Assembly (NCBI GenBank): GCA_943787795.1 | Contig: CALSNU010000007.1 | Span: 96,001-160,000, forward strand | Direction of reading: 5' to 3' | DNA: 64,000 nt | Source of the DNA: an uncultured bacterium | GTDB lineage: Bacteria > Planctomycetota > UBA1135 > GCA-002686595 | Shown: positions 45,555-55,708 of the stretch, piece by piece | Numbering within the stretch: position 1 is the first letter of the stretch | Layout: each line of letters starts with the position of its first letter | Position numbers and translations under genes: made by a program | Notes under the pieces: model-generated | The model's input: only the letters and a program-made list of their open reading frames with translations | The model's database searches: none | What the model was told of the DNA's origin: nothing

Positions 45555-47342
45555 ATGTTCCGCTCGAAGTTCTTCTGGAGGCTGTTCAGCTCCTACACGC
45601 TCCTCATCTTCCTCACGGTCGGAGCGGTCGGGGTCCTCGTCCACGACAAGTACAGTCGTAGCCTCCAGGAGCAGGTGGCGACGGACCTTCGCAACGTGGC
45701 GATCGCGCTCGGCGAGCTCTCCAAGGACGACTTCGGCGGAGTGGACCGCCGCTATCTCCAGCGTCGTGTGGCCGAGGTCAGCCTGCGGACCGGTCGGCGT
45801 ATCACGATGATCCGTCGCGATGGCCAGGTGCTCGCAGACTCCGAGGAGGAGCCCGATGAGATGGAGAACCACCTCGTCGGCCGGCGTGAGATCCTGGACG
45901 CCATCACCCTGGGCGAGGGCCTCGCCGTCCGCAAGAGCGCGACCACGGGCGTCGAGACCCTCTACGTGGCGGTGTGCCGGGACCACGACCGAGACCTCGG
46001 TGGGCTCGTTCGGGTCGCCGCCCTCACCGAGTCTCTTGAGGAGAGGAAGCGCGAGGTGGCGCGGCTCCTGTTCCTCGGCGCCTTGATCGCGAGTCTGCCG
46101 GCCCTCCTCGTGGGTGCGCTGCTGGTCCGCCGCGTCTCGACCCCATTGGTCCAGATGCGTGCGGTGGCCGTCGCCATGGGAGAGGGAGACTATGAGGCCG
46201 CGGCGAGGCTCCCGCGGGGTGCCCGCGACGGGGATGAGGTTGGCGACCTCGCCCGGTCCTTCCAGCAGCTAGGGCATGACATCAATCAGCAGGTCGCCGA
46301 CCTGACCGCGGAGCAGGAGAGGCTCAGGGCCATGGTGGCGGGCATGACCGAGGGGGTCGTCGCGCTCGACGTCGACGATCAGGTGACCTTCTCCAATCAC
46401 GCGGCGCGGAGCCTCCTGGGAATCCGCGAGGATGAGCGCGACCCGACCGCGTGGCGTGAGGGGACACTCGCGGGCCTGGACGAGCTGGTGCACCGCGCCC
46501 GTACGACGGAGATCCCGGCGCGTCAGGAGCTGGAGCTGAGTCAGACGGATGACACGGCGATCGTCAACGCCGAAGCGCGGAGCTTCCAGGACGGTGACGC
46601 CGTGGGCGTGGTCGTCGTCCTGAACGATGTCTCCGAGGTGCGTCGGCTGGAGCGCATTCGCCGCGACTTCGTGGCCAACGTCAGCCATGAGCTCAAGACG
46701 CCCCTCACCAACATCCGTGGATACGTTGAGATGCTGCTGGACGGGGCGGCGGCGGATGAGGAGCGTGTCCAGCGGTTCCTCGCGATCGTCCAGAAGAACG
46801 TGCTCCGGCTCAACCACCTCGTCATGGACCTGCTGAGCCTGGCGCGAATCGAAGAGAACGTGAGCCGTCCCGTCCTCTCGCCGCTCGATCTCCGGGCCTT
46901 CGTGGAGGAGGGCGTGCGCCGGCATGACCCGACTTCGATCGGACGGAATCAGAGCGTGAGCTTGGAGAGCATCGACGGCGAGGTCTGGGCGATGGCCGAC
47001 CGGGAAGCGCTCCGGCAGATCTTCGACAACCTCCTCGATAATGCGCTGAAGTACACGCCGACCGGCGGCCGGGTGGTGGTCAGCGTGCGGATGGAAGAGG
47101 GGAAGGCGGTGCTGGCGGTCACGGACAACGGCCTGGGAATTCCAGAAGAGGATCAGGCGCGGATCTTCGAGCGGTTCTACCGCGTGGACAAGGCGCGCTC
47201 GCTCGAGGTGGGGGGGACAGGTCTGGGACTCTCCATCGTGAAGCACCTGGTCCAGTGGCTCGACGGCACCATCGAGCTGGACAGCACGCCTGGCTCGGGG
47301 AGCACCTTCCGCGTGTACCTGAACCTGGCCGCCGTCGACTAG
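45555..47342 (+). CDS. PhoR-like sensor histidine kinase (2 TM, HAMP, PAS, HisKA, HATPase)
   Basis: RRDFVANVSHELKTPLT, NLLDNALKYT, DNGLGIP, IFERFYRVDKARS..GGTGLGLSIVKH. Confidence 0.93.
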   Translation: MFRSKFFWRLFSSYTLLIFLTVGAVGVLVHDKYSRSLQEQVATDLRNVAIALGELSKDDFGGVDRRYLQRRVAEVSLRTGRRITMIRRDGQVLADSEEEPDEMENHLVGRREILDAITLGEGLAVRKSATTGVETLYVAVCRDHDRDLGGLVRVAALTESLEERKREVARLLFLGALIASLPALLVGALLVRRVSTPLVQMRAVAVAMGEGDYEAAARLPRGARDGDEVGDLARSFQQLGHDINQQVADLTAEQERLRAMVAGMTEGVVALDVDDQVTFSNHAARSLLGIREDERDPTAWREGTLAGLDELVHRARTTEIPARQELELSQTDDTAIVNAEARSFQDGDAVGVVVVLNDVSEVRRLERIRRDFVANVSHELKTPLTNIRGYVEMLLDGAAADEERVQRFLAIVQKNVLRLNHLVMDLLSLARIEENVSRPVLSPLDLRAFVEEGVRRHDPTSIGRNQSVSLESIDGEVWAMADREALRQIFDNLLDNALKYTPTGGRVVVSVRMEEGKAVLAVTDNGLGIPEEDQARIFERFYRVDKARSLEVGGTGLGLSIVKHLVQWLDGTIELDSTPGSGSTFRVYLNLAAVD

Positions 47343-48583
47343 ATCTGGATCTGGAGACGGCCCAGGACCGCCCAGCCCTCATCGCGCGGACCGTCTGCGG
47401 GCTCTGCGCTGATCCCGACCCAGTGCAGCATCAGCCGCGTTGTCGGGCTGACGTAGAAGTTCAGCCCGGTCTCCAGGTCGAGAACCTGGCCCGCCTGAAT
47501 CGCCCCCCCGGTCAGGTCGGTGTAGCTGATGCGAGCAACGGCCTCCAGGGCCTGCAGGCCCCCGCCGCCCCGACGCATCGCGCCCTCGATCTTCGGGGGC
47601 CCCAGCGCCCCGCGACCGCGTGACCAGCTGGTCTCGCCAGCGCCCAGGAAGCGTGAGAGCGAGAGGTAGCCGCCCGACAGGAATGACTCGCCGGGGACCC
47701 CGTTGGCGCCGTTGACCCAGACGCCGAAGGCCTCGGACTGCGCGGTCCACGGTCCCTGCCGGTAGAGCGCCTCGAGGCCGCTGGAGACGGCACGGTCAGC
47801 GTCGATGGAGCCGGTGTCGGCAATCCGCTCAAGGAGCCTCGAGCCGGTCGTCCCACGGAAGATGAGCAGGTCGCCCCCCGGGTCTCGCAGGGAGATGGAG
47901 GCTCCCGCCTGGGTCAGCCCCTGCCCGTCGCCTTGCCAGACAGCGCGAGCGGTGAGCGCGCGTTCATCGAGGGTCTCATCCGGAAATGGACGACCGTCGG
48001 TACGCCGGAAGGCGCCTGCCTGGAAGAGGCCGTGGGCGGATCGAAGGGTGGCCTGGCCGCCGCGGGATCGGCCGGGCGTGAAGGTGTTGGTGGCGGTGGA
48101 GCGCTCGATGAACGGCAAGTAGCTGACGCTGGTCATCGCCTCGAGCCCAAACGGTTCGCGGAACTCACCCGCCCGGAGGTCGCTCGCGATCACCGCGCCC
48201 CCCGAGAAAAGGCCGTCGTAGCGCGCGTAGAGGTCGAGCCAGCGCACCTCCAGGTCCTTGAAGTCCACCTGGGCGCGGAGCCGGAACGGCCTCAGGGCGG
48301 AGCCCTCTGCACCTCGGATGTCCAGGAGGGCTCGCGCCCGACGGAACTCGGTCGAGCCCTCGGCGGTGGCTCCTGACGCTCCGCCGAGGTCACCGAATCG
48401 GGGCTCCACGAGGTCAGCGTGCAGGCGGAGGCGGAGGCGGGCCTCGAGGTCCCATCCGGTCGCGGTCAGCCCGTCTCCCAGGGCGTAGCCCGGTCCCTCC
48501 TCACCCCCGTTCGAGTCTTGAGCCAGGGCCATCGCTGACGATAGCGCGCCGAGGCACGCGAAGGCTCGGAGGAGGCGCCGCAC
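47339..48583 (-). CDS. OprO/OprP-family phosphate-selective porin
   Basis: Signal peptide; EFRRAR, GEFREPFGLE..TS..LPFIERS, GGYLSLS, ARISYTDL, GLNFY, C-terminal RLQIQI. Confidence 0.8.
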   Translation of the reverse strand: MRRLLRAFACLGALSSAMALAQDSNGGEEGPGYALGDGLTATGWDLEARLRLRLHADLVEPRFGDLGGASGATAEGSTEFRRARALLDIRGAEGSALRPFRLRAQVDFKDLEVRWLDLYARYDGLFSGGAVIASDLRAGEFREPFGLEAMTSVSYLPFIERSTATNTFTPGRSRGGQATLRSAHGLFQAGAFRRTDGRPFPDETLDERALTARAVWQGDGQGLTQAGASISLRDPGGDLLIFRGTTGSRLLERIADTGSIDADRAVSSGLEALYRQGPWTAQSEAFGVWVNGANGVPGESFLSGGYLSLSRFLGAGETSWSRGRGALGPPKIEGAMRRGGGGLQALEAVARISYTDLTGGAIQAGQVLDLETGLNFYVSPTTRLMLHWVGISAEPADGPRDEGWAVLGRLQIQI

Positions 48584-48615
48584 CCGCCGAGGGTAGCAGG
48601 CCAGAGCGGAAGGCC

Positions 48616-50430
48616 TCACCCGGAGAGATGCCCGAGGTCGGAGTCTCCCATCTCGATACCGCCGCCCGGGAAGTACTCCTTCCAGCGGCGGTCCACGGTC
48701 GCCGCGGTCTCGGGGTCACAGAACAACTCGGCCGGATAGTCGGGCTTCATCCGTGCGTCGATGACGATCGGCGGCGTGAAGGATGGGTGGTGGTGCACCA
48801 GCTCGACCTCTCTCGCGAAGAGGTCCCGCGCGGGGTCAAAGCGCGTGAACGTCGTCCAGAGGAAGTTCATCGCGCTGCGGCTCGCCGCCTCCGCGTCGTC
48901 CACCACGACCACCAGGGGCCAGCCCTCGAAGGCAGGGTCGCGCGCGATGGAGGCCGCAGCGTCCGGAGCGTCCGCATGGGCGGGGGCCTCGACGCAGAGC
49001 GCGCCGTCCGTGAACACCTCCACGCGCCCCGCCGGGCGCGCGGGGGTCCCCGTGAACGTGTCGGGGAGCTTGCGCCGAGGCTCGCCGAGGCCGAGCAGGA
49101 CTCCCTTGCTGCCCTCGTTGATCTTGGGCCCCGCGTAGTCCAGCGAGTCCATGGAGACGTTCGAAAGCACGAAGAGGTCCGTGCGGAAGTCGGCGCGCTC
49201 CAGGACGTGCCGGAGCGTTGTGGCGAAGTCCTTCAACTCCACGGGCCGATCCGTGGCGAGCAGGAACTTCGTCAGGGAGAGTTGGCCCTCGCCCAGGATC
49301 CTGAAGGCAGAGACCATGGCCTCACGTCGATATCGCTCCCGGACCACCGCTGCGGCGAGCGCGTGGTAGCCGGTCTCCCCGTAGCTCCACAGGTCCAGGA
49401 CGCCGGGCATCGCGACCTTGGCGAGGGGCTTGAGGAGCTCCTGCAGGTAGTCGCCGATGAAGAAGTCCTCCTGGCGAGGCTTTCCGACCACCGTGGCGGG
49501 CCAGACCGCGTCCCGCCGGCGATAGAGCGTGTCGCACTGGAACCAGGGGTAGTCGTGCGTCTCCGAGTAGTACCCGTAGTGATCACCGAAGGGCCCCTCG
49601 GGGCGGCGAGCGCCGGGCGCGATCTTGCCAGCGAGGACGAACTCGGAGCGCGCGACCAGCGGCAGGCCTCCGCTGTCGATCGCCCGGCACAGCTCCAGTC
49701 GCCGCCCGAGGACGAGGCTGGCGAGCAGGACCTCGGGGACGTTCTCGGGCAGCGGTGCGATCGCCGCAAGGACCAGCGCCGGCGGGCCGCCCACGTGCAC
49801 GTGGACGGGCAGCGGTTGTCCGATCCGCTCGGCCTCCGCGAGGTGGAAGCCGCCGCCCTTGCCGATCTGGGCGTGCATGCCGACGCCGCCGTCCTCGAAC
49901 AGCTGCGCCCGGTACATACCGAGGTTGAGCCCGCCATTCTCGGGGTGCCCGGTCAGGACGAGGGGCAGCGTCACGAAGGGGCCGCCGTCCCGCGACCAGG
50001 TGGTGAGCGCGGGGAGCGTGGAGAGGTCTGGGGACCGATCGACGATCTCGGTGACCGGGCCGCGGCGGCCCCGCTTCAGCCCGACCCGGGCCAGCGAGGC
50101 GAACAGGGACCGTTGGGCCCACAGCTTCTTCGGCGTGGGCGGGAGGGCCTCTTCGGGTAGAGCGGCGATGCGTTCGACCACGGCCTCCGGACGATCCCCG
50201 AAGGCGAGCTGGACGCGGCGGGCCGTCCCGAAGAGATTGGTCACCGCCGGGAACGAGGCGCCGCGGGGGCGCTTGAAGAGGACGGCCGGGCCCCCAGCTG
50301 CGATGACCCGCCGGTGGATCTCGGCCATCTCGAGCTTCGGGTCGACCTCTGTCTCGACCTCCACGAGCTCACCCTCCGCCCGCAAACGGTCCAGGAAGGC
50401 GGGTAGATCGACGGGTGCAGAGTGAGGCAT
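48616..50430 (-). CDS. UbiD-family prFMN-dependent decarboxylase (menaquinone/futalosine-pathway type)
   Basis: DGGPFVTLP, NLGMYR, EGPFGDHYGYY, VGKPRQED, GEGQLSLTK, IDARMKP. Confidence 0.93.
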   Translation of the reverse strand: MPHSAPVDLPAFLDRLRAEGELVEVETEVDPKLEMAEIHRRVIAAGGPAVLFKRPRGASFPAVTNLFGTARRVQLAFGDRPEAVVERIAALPEEALPPTPKKLWAQRSLFASLARVGLKRGRRGPVTEIVDRSPDLSTLPALTTWSRDGGPFVTLPLVLTGHPENGGLNLGMYRAQLFEDGGVGMHAQIGKGGGFHLAEAERIGQPLPVHVHVGGPPALVLAAIAPLPENVPEVLLASLVLGRRLELCRAIDSGGLPLVARSEFVLAGKIAPGARRPEGPFGDHYGYYSETHDYPWFQCDTLYRRRDAVWPATVVGKPRQEDFFIGDYLQELLKPLAKVAMPGVLDLWSYGETGYHALAAAVVRERYRREAMVSAFRILGEGQLSLTKFLLATDRPVELKDFATTLRHVLERADFRTDLFVLSNVSMDSLDYAGPKINEGSKGVLLGLGEPRRKLPDTFTGTPARPAGRVEVFTDGALCVEAPAHADAPDAAASIARDPAFEGWPLVVVVDDAEAASRSAMNFLWTTFTRFDPARDLFAREVELVHHHPSFTPPIVIDARMKPDYPAELFCDPETAATVDRRWKEYFPGGGIEMGDSDLGHLSG

Positions 50431-50562
50431 GGGCGTGAGAGGCAGGTTCAAGGGGAGTCTAGTCCCATGACGGTCCTCACCGGAACCCGGGGGGGAGCGT
50501 AGTGTTGGATAGACTGATACGCGCCGCGCCGGCGCGGGTCTCCAGATGCGACGCTTCGTCCG

Positions 50563-52314
50563 ATGATCCAACTTCAACCGTCCGCTGCAGTGCTCCGAAC
50601 TCTGCTCGCCACTCTGTGCTTCATGGGGGCCTCCCTTGAGGGTCTTGCGGCATCGGGAGCCTCCTCAGCTGAGCCCTTCGTCGGCAGCGAGGGGTCCGAG
50701 GGCTCGGGGTCGACGGCGGACGTCGGCTTCGACGACATCCCCTGGGACCGCCGCGCCGTGGAGCACGTCTGGAACCGAGCGGGATTCGGCATCCGCGCGG
50801 AGCAGGTCGATGAATGGGTCGAGGCCGGCCCCCGCGCACTGGTGGAGCACCTGGTCCGGCCGCGCCCTACCGTCGGTGAGGGCGCGTGGGTGCCCCACGA
50901 GTACGAGCGGCTCCCGTACAGCGCTGAAGCGTTCAACCGGGCATCGGACGGGGAGAAGCGGGAGCTCCGCAAGCGCCGCAACCGCTGGTACCGAGATCAG
51001 TTCGCCGCCCTGCGTGAGGGCTGGGTCGAGAGCATGCTCGCCGGAGACGATCCGCTCCGCGACCGGATGACCCTGATGTGGCACGGCGTGTTCACCTCGT
51101 CCCTCGAGACGGTGAAGCGGCCCGCGCTGATGATCGAGCAGCACAACACGATCCGAGCGCAGGCGCTGGGGAGCTACTCCGAGCTGTTGCACGCGATGCT
51201 GGAGGACCCCGCGCTCCTCGTCTATCTGGACAACGACGACAACCGGAAGGGTCGTCCCAACGAGAACCTCGCTCGAGAGGTCATGGAGCTCTTCTCTCTG
51301 GGCGAGGGCAACTATGGCGAGGTGGACATCCGCGAGGCCGCCCGCAGCCTCACTGGCGCTGGCGTGGCGCCGGCGCTGGACGTCGCCACCTACCGGTTCA
51401 ATCCCAAGCGGCACGATGACGAGCCCAAGGTCATCCTCGGAGTCAGAGGGAACCACGGCCCCGCAGACCTGGCAGACATTCTCCTGGGCCAGCCGGCCTG
51501 CGCGACGTACGTCGCGCGCACCGTGATCGAGTACCTCGAGGGCGTCCCGGCCACGGATGAGCGGGTCGAGGAGTACGCGGCGCGGCTGCGGGAGACGGGC
51601 TACGACGTGGGCTATCTCGTCGAGCGCCTGCTCCTCGACCCGCGCTTCTATCGGGATGAGGTGATCGGCGCACGGGTGGCGAGTCCGGTCGACTTCCTGG
51701 TCGGAAGCGCCATCCGCCTCGAAGCGGAGCTCCCCCCCGCCTTCATCGTCGAGGCGGCGGCGGACCTGGGTCAGGACCTGTTTCAGCCGCCCAACGTGAA
51801 GGGTTGGGACGAGGGCCTCGCGTGGATCACCACCTCGACCTTCATGATGCGCGGCAACATCGCCGGTGCGATCGTGGGCGCGGTGGACATCGAGACGCTG
51901 CGGGCGGATGCCTCGGACATGATGGACATGTCGGGGGCCATGGACGAGATGGGCCCGATGACCGGCAAGGAGAAGCGCAAGGCCGAGGGGCAGCAGGTCA
52001 AGCGCTACGAGGTGGCTGGGCTGGCGAACATCTTGCGCCGGGCGAAGTACGAGCCCAGTTCCATGGAGGCTCGGGTGGTGCGCGACGCGAACGCCAGCAG
52101 CGACCGCGAGGTCGTCGCGCTGCTGACGGGCCGGCTACTCGCCATCGAGCCGCCGGTGGAGACGCTCCAGATGCTCGAGCTCCAGCTGGGTCAGATCCGG
52201 GAGAAGTACGAGGTGGAGGAGGCAGACATGCCCCGCTTCCGCCGCAAGAACCAGCGCGTCTTCCACGACTTCACTCACCTCGTCCTGTCCTTGCCTGAGG
52301 CGCAGCTCCATTGA
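50563..52314 (+). CDS. DUF1800 family protein
   Basis: RAGFG, LRDRMTLMWHG.F, DPALLVYLDN, PNENLAREVMELFSLG, LGQDLFQPPNVKGW, LPEAQL. Confidence 0.93.
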   Translation: MIQLQPSAAVLRTLLATLCFMGASLEGLAASGASSAEPFVGSEGSEGSGSTADVGFDDIPWDRRAVEHVWNRAGFGIRAEQVDEWVEAGPRALVEHLVRPRPTVGEGAWVPHEYERLPYSAEAFNRASDGEKRELRKRRNRWYRDQFAALREGWVESMLAGDDPLRDRMTLMWHGVFTSSLETVKRPALMIEQHNTIRAQALGSYSELLHAMLEDPALLVYLDNDDNRKGRPNENLAREVMELFSLGEGNYGEVDIREAARSLTGAGVAPALDVATYRFNPKRHDDEPKVILGVRGNHGPADLADILLGQPACATYVARTVIEYLEGVPATDERVEEYAARLRETGYDVGYLVERLLLDPRFYRDEVIGARVASPVDFLVGSAIRLEAELPPAFIVEAAADLGQDLFQPPNVKGWDEGLAWITTSTFMMRGNIAGAIVGAVDIETLRADASDMMDMSGAMDEMGPMTGKEKRKAEGQQVKRYEVAGLANILRRAKYEPSSMEARVVRDANASSDREVVALLTGRLLAIEPPVETLQMLELQLGQIREKYEVEEADMPRFRRKNQRVFHDFTHLVLSLPEAQLH

Positions 52315-52343
52315 CATCGTCCGGTCGCCCAGAGGGCCACGCC

Positions 52344-53582
52344 ATGAACTTGCCCAAGCCTGACCGTCGCGCCTTCCTTCGAGCCGCCGCTGCATCTGCG
52401 GCGGGCTTCAGCCTGTTGCCTGAGGTCCTCGCCGGAGGGGTGCAGCTTCAGAGCTTGCCCGGGTCGGGTGGCAAGAACCTCGTCCTCATTCAGCTGTCTG
52501 GGGGGAACGACGGGCTCGCGACGGTGGTGCCTTACGGAGACGACCAGCTGCGCCGACACCGCCGTTCCACCGCTCACAAGACCTCGGACCTGCTGAAGAT
52601 CGACGACTATCGGGGCTTCAACCCTGGGCTCGAGGCGCTCCGCCGCCGCTTTGATGAGGGGCAGATGGCCATCGTCGAGGGCTGCGGCTATCCGGAGGCG
52701 ATTCGCTCTCACTTCAAGTCCTACGAGGTCTGGCACACCGCGCACCGAGCGGGCCGGATCTCTGGCGACGGCTGGATCGGCCGCCTCGCCGCTTCGCAGT
52801 GGGCGGAGGAGCCACGACCGGATCGCGTGGTTCACTTCGGTGGCAAGGCGCCCTACTCGCTGTTCTCCCGGGAGCAGCCGCCCGTTGCTCTCGCTTCGCC
52901 CACCGGCTATCGGTGGTTCGGAGATGAGGAGGCCTACGCCCGCGGCGGCGCGGCGATCTGTGAGCATGAGATGGAGCGTGACCCCCGCCATGTGGGCCGG
53001 GACGGCGCCCTCGACCGGCTGCGGGAGACCCTCGACGACGCTCGCGAGTCCTCTGGTCGGATCCGCCGCGCGGCGGCGACCTATCGCACGGGCGTGGAGT
53101 ATCCCAAGACCCGGCTGTCCGCAGAGCTGCGTGACGTCGCCGCTCTGGTGAGCGCTCGTTCGGGCACGCAGATCTTCTCCGTCACCGATAACGGATACGA
53201 CACGCACTCCAAGCAGCGGCAGGCCCACGACCGCAAGATCAAGGACCTCGGAGACGCTCTTGGTGCATTCATGGCGGACCTGGATCGCAGCGAGGTCGGC
53301 CGGGAGACAGTGGTGCTCGTCTTCAGCGAATTTGGCCGGAGGGTGGCAGAGAACGGCTCAGCGGGGCACGACCACGGCAAGGCGGGTCCGATGTTCCTGC
53401 TGGGGCACTCGGTGAAGGGAGGCCTCTATGGCGCACACCCTTCGCTCACCGAGCTGGACGCAGGCGACCTCGCCTTCACAACGGACTTTCGATCGGTCTA
53501 CGCCACGCTCATTCAGGGGCTGTTTGACGCGGACCCCGTCGCCGTTCTGGGGACGGAGTATCCGCTCCTGCCGCTGATCTGA
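52344..53582 (+). CDS. DUF1501 family protein with Tat signal
   Basis: DRRAFL Tat motif; LIQLSGGNDGL, RSHF, YDTH, SEFGRR..ENG..G.DHG, TTDFRSVY. Confidence 0.93.
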   Translation: MNLPKPDRRAFLRAAAASAAGFSLLPEVLAGGVQLQSLPGSGGKNLVLIQLSGGNDGLATVVPYGDDQLRRHRRSTAHKTSDLLKIDDYRGFNPGLEALRRRFDEGQMAIVEGCGYPEAIRSHFKSYEVWHTAHRAGRISGDGWIGRLAASQWAEEPRPDRVVHFGGKAPYSLFSREQPPVALASPTGYRWFGDEEAYARGGAAICEHEMERDPRHVGRDGALDRLRETLDDARESSGRIRRAAATYRTGVEYPKTRLSAELRDVAALVSARSGTQIFSVTDNGYDTHSKQRQAHDRKIKDLGDALGAFMADLDRSEVGRETVVLVFSEFGRRVAENGSAGHDHGKAGPMFLLGHSVKGGLYGAHPSLTELDAGDLAFTTDFRSVYATLIQGLFDADPVAVLGTEYPLLPLI

Positions 53583-53615
53583 CCCCGCGCGCCTTCGTAA
53601 GCCTGTGCTCTCCGC

Positions 53616-53693
53616 TGCGAGGACCTCAGCTTCGGGTTGCGAGGACCTCAGCCTCGGGCTGCAAAGACCTCAGCCTCAGGCCGCAAGGACCTT
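53616..53693. repeat. Tandem repeat, ~3.5 copies of a 22-bp unit overlapping a stop codon
   Basis: tgcgaggacctcagcttcgggt / tgcgaggacctcagcctcgggc / tgcaaagacctcagcctcaggc / cgcaaggacctt. Confidence 0.85.
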
Positions 53694-54098
53694 GGTGTGC
53701 AGGCGCATCACGGCGGCGCGGTCGAGCTCGAAGCCGAGGCTGCGATAGGCGTCGTCGAAGGTGGCCCAGCGGTGAGCTGCCCAGTCGGGTGAGATGCTCT
53801 CGGGGCGCACGATGTCCTCGGTCCGGACGCCGAACATCCACTCGATCACCTCCTCGTCCCCGATACTCCAGCGGCCCGGCATCTCGAGATCCAGCAGGCG
53901 CTCCGGGGTGGAGAGCCCGATACCCTCGTGGACCTGGTGCCGGATGGCCGTCTCGAGCTTGTCTCCGAAGCCCAGTGAGGCCTGGAGGGGACCCCACATC
54001 GCCTCCAGTCCCTGGTCGCGCTTCAACAGCAGGTAGCTCGGCTTGGTCTCGGCGAAGCGGTAGACGAAGATCTTGATGCGGTGGATGAGTTCGCTCAT
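53676..54098 (-). CDS. Nudix-fold protein with degenerate Nudix box (NudB-like)
   Basis: YLLLKR...W...SLGFGDKLETAIRHQVHEGIGL, RWATFDDAY; ATG 54098. Confidence 0.65.
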   Translation of the reverse strand: MSELIHRIKIFVYRFAETKPSYLLLKRDQGLEAMWGPLQASLGFGDKLETAIRHQVHEGIGLSTPERLLDLEMPGRWSIGDEEVIEWMFGVRTEDIVRPESISPDWAAHRWATFDDAYRSLGFELDRAAVMRLHTKVLAA

Positions 54099-54252
54099 CT
54101 TTTCGTGGCGTCGGGCCTCAGGGATGGGTCGGAGCACCCGAGGTGAGGCCCTGCTCTCGCAACGCCCCGAGGACACAGCGGGAGGGCGCCCGCGGACCGC
54201 ACGCACCAATACGAGACGGCGTCTCCCAACGAGCCAGCGCTCGCTCACCCAC

Positions 54253-55593
54253 ATGTCGGACCCGCTCCCCCTCGAACACGTGCTCGACCAGCTCGAGGCT
54301 CGCATCAATTGGGAGCGTAAGGACCGGGCCAGCGGGTGGCGTGTGGACCTCGCTCCGATCGAGGACCTCGTGGCCCGGGCCGGTGCCCCAGGGCGCGACC
54401 TTGGCCTGTGCCACGTCGCGGGCTCGAAGGGCAAGGGGTCGGTGGCCACTCTCATCGCGGCGGGGCTGACACGTGCGGGGTTCCGGGTGGGGGTCTTCGG
54501 GTCACCGCACGTGGAGCGGATCAACGAGCGGATCCAGATCGATGGTCAACCCATCTCGGATGACGCCTTGGCGGCGGCTCTCTCAGTCGCGCTCCGGCTG
54601 GTGGCAGAGGCCGAGGAGGCCGGGACGAGCGGGGCAGAGGCGTCGTGGTTCGATCTCGTCACGCTGGCGGGGCTCTGGGCGTTCCGTGAGGCTGGCGTGG
54701 ACTGGGCGGTCCTCGAGGTGGGGCTCGGCGGGCGGCTGGACTCCACCAACGTGATCGACCCTCCGGAGGTGGCCGTGGTGACGACCATCGCGCTGGAGCA
54801 CACGGCCATCTTGGGCGACACCCTGGCGGCGATCGCGCAGGAGAAGGGTGGGATCGTCAAGCCGGGGTCGAGGTTGGTCACAGGGACACCGCCGGGGGGC
54901 GAGGCTCACGCGGTGCTCGCGGGGATCGCTGAGGCCCAGGGGGTCGAGCACCGGGTCGCCTGGAGCGAGGCGGATCGGACGTTCGAGGAGGCCAACGTCA
55001 CGGTGGCCCGAGCGGCCCTCGATGTCCTGGGACAAGGCCTTCAGGTTCGCAGCCTTCAGGTTCGCAGCCTTCAGGGCCACGGCGTCCCGGAAATCGGGGG
55101 CGGGCTCCTCACGCCAGAGGTCATCGCCGGCGCGCGGCTGCCAGGGCGCATGGAGTGGTTCGACTCGGGCTCGAACCGTGTGCTGCTGGACGGGGCTCAC
55201 GTCCCTGGTTCCCTCAGAATGGCCTGCGACGAGGCCCTCGCCGCCTTGGACGGCCCGTGGGGAGTGGTCGTGGCCGTGCACGGAGAGAAGGACGTGGCGG
55301 AGCTACTGGAGCCGCTGTCGGGGGCGGGCTTCGGGCGCGTCTTCGCGACCACGGTGCCCGGCTCAGGGGTCCACCACCCCGCGACGGCGGTGGCGGAGGC
55401 CGCCGCCTCCTGGGGGCTCGAGGCCGAGGTTCATGACCTGCCCAGGTCGGCCCTCGCCGCGGCGCTGCGCTGGGCCGAGGCTGCGGGCGCGGAACCACCC
55501 GGCGGTGCATCGGCGGGCGTCATGGTGACCGGCTCGCTCTATCTCGTTGGAGCCCTCCGGCCTGGGCTCAGGGACCCTCGCGGCTTCCAATGA
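54253..55593 (+). CDS. folC: Folylpolyglutamate synthase / dihydrofolate synthase
   Basis: HVAGSKGKGS, SPHV..INERI, EVGLGGRLDSTNV, EHT.ILGDT..IAQEKGGI, LPGRME, LDGAH, VTGSLYLVG. Confidence 0.93.
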   Translation: MSDPLPLEHVLDQLEARINWERKDRASGWRVDLAPIEDLVARAGAPGRDLGLCHVAGSKGKGSVATLIAAGLTRAGFRVGVFGSPHVERINERIQIDGQPISDDALAAALSVALRLVAEAEEAGTSGAEASWFDLVTLAGLWAFREAGVDWAVLEVGLGGRLDSTNVIDPPEVAVVTTIALEHTAILGDTLAAIAQEKGGIVKPGSRLVTGTPPGGEAHAVLAGIAEAQGVEHRVAWSEADRTFEEANVTVARAALDVLGQGLQVRSLQVRSLQGHGVPEIGGGLLTPEVIAGARLPGRMEWFDSGSNRVLLDGAHVPGSLRMACDEALAALDGPWGVVVAVHGEKDVAELLEPLSGAGFGRVFATTVPGSGVHHPATAVAEAAASWGLEAEVHDLPRSALAAALRWAEAAGAEPPGGASAGVMVTGSLYLVGALRPGLRDPRGFQ

Positions 55594-55708
55594 GAGCCAC
55601 TGGCCGGTCCTGGAAGGGGCCTTGCCGGTCCTATAAGGGGATTGCACGCCACTGCGTAGGCGGCTCAAGGCCGCGCGGGCCAGGGGTCGATACTCCCGGA
55701 CGCACGCC

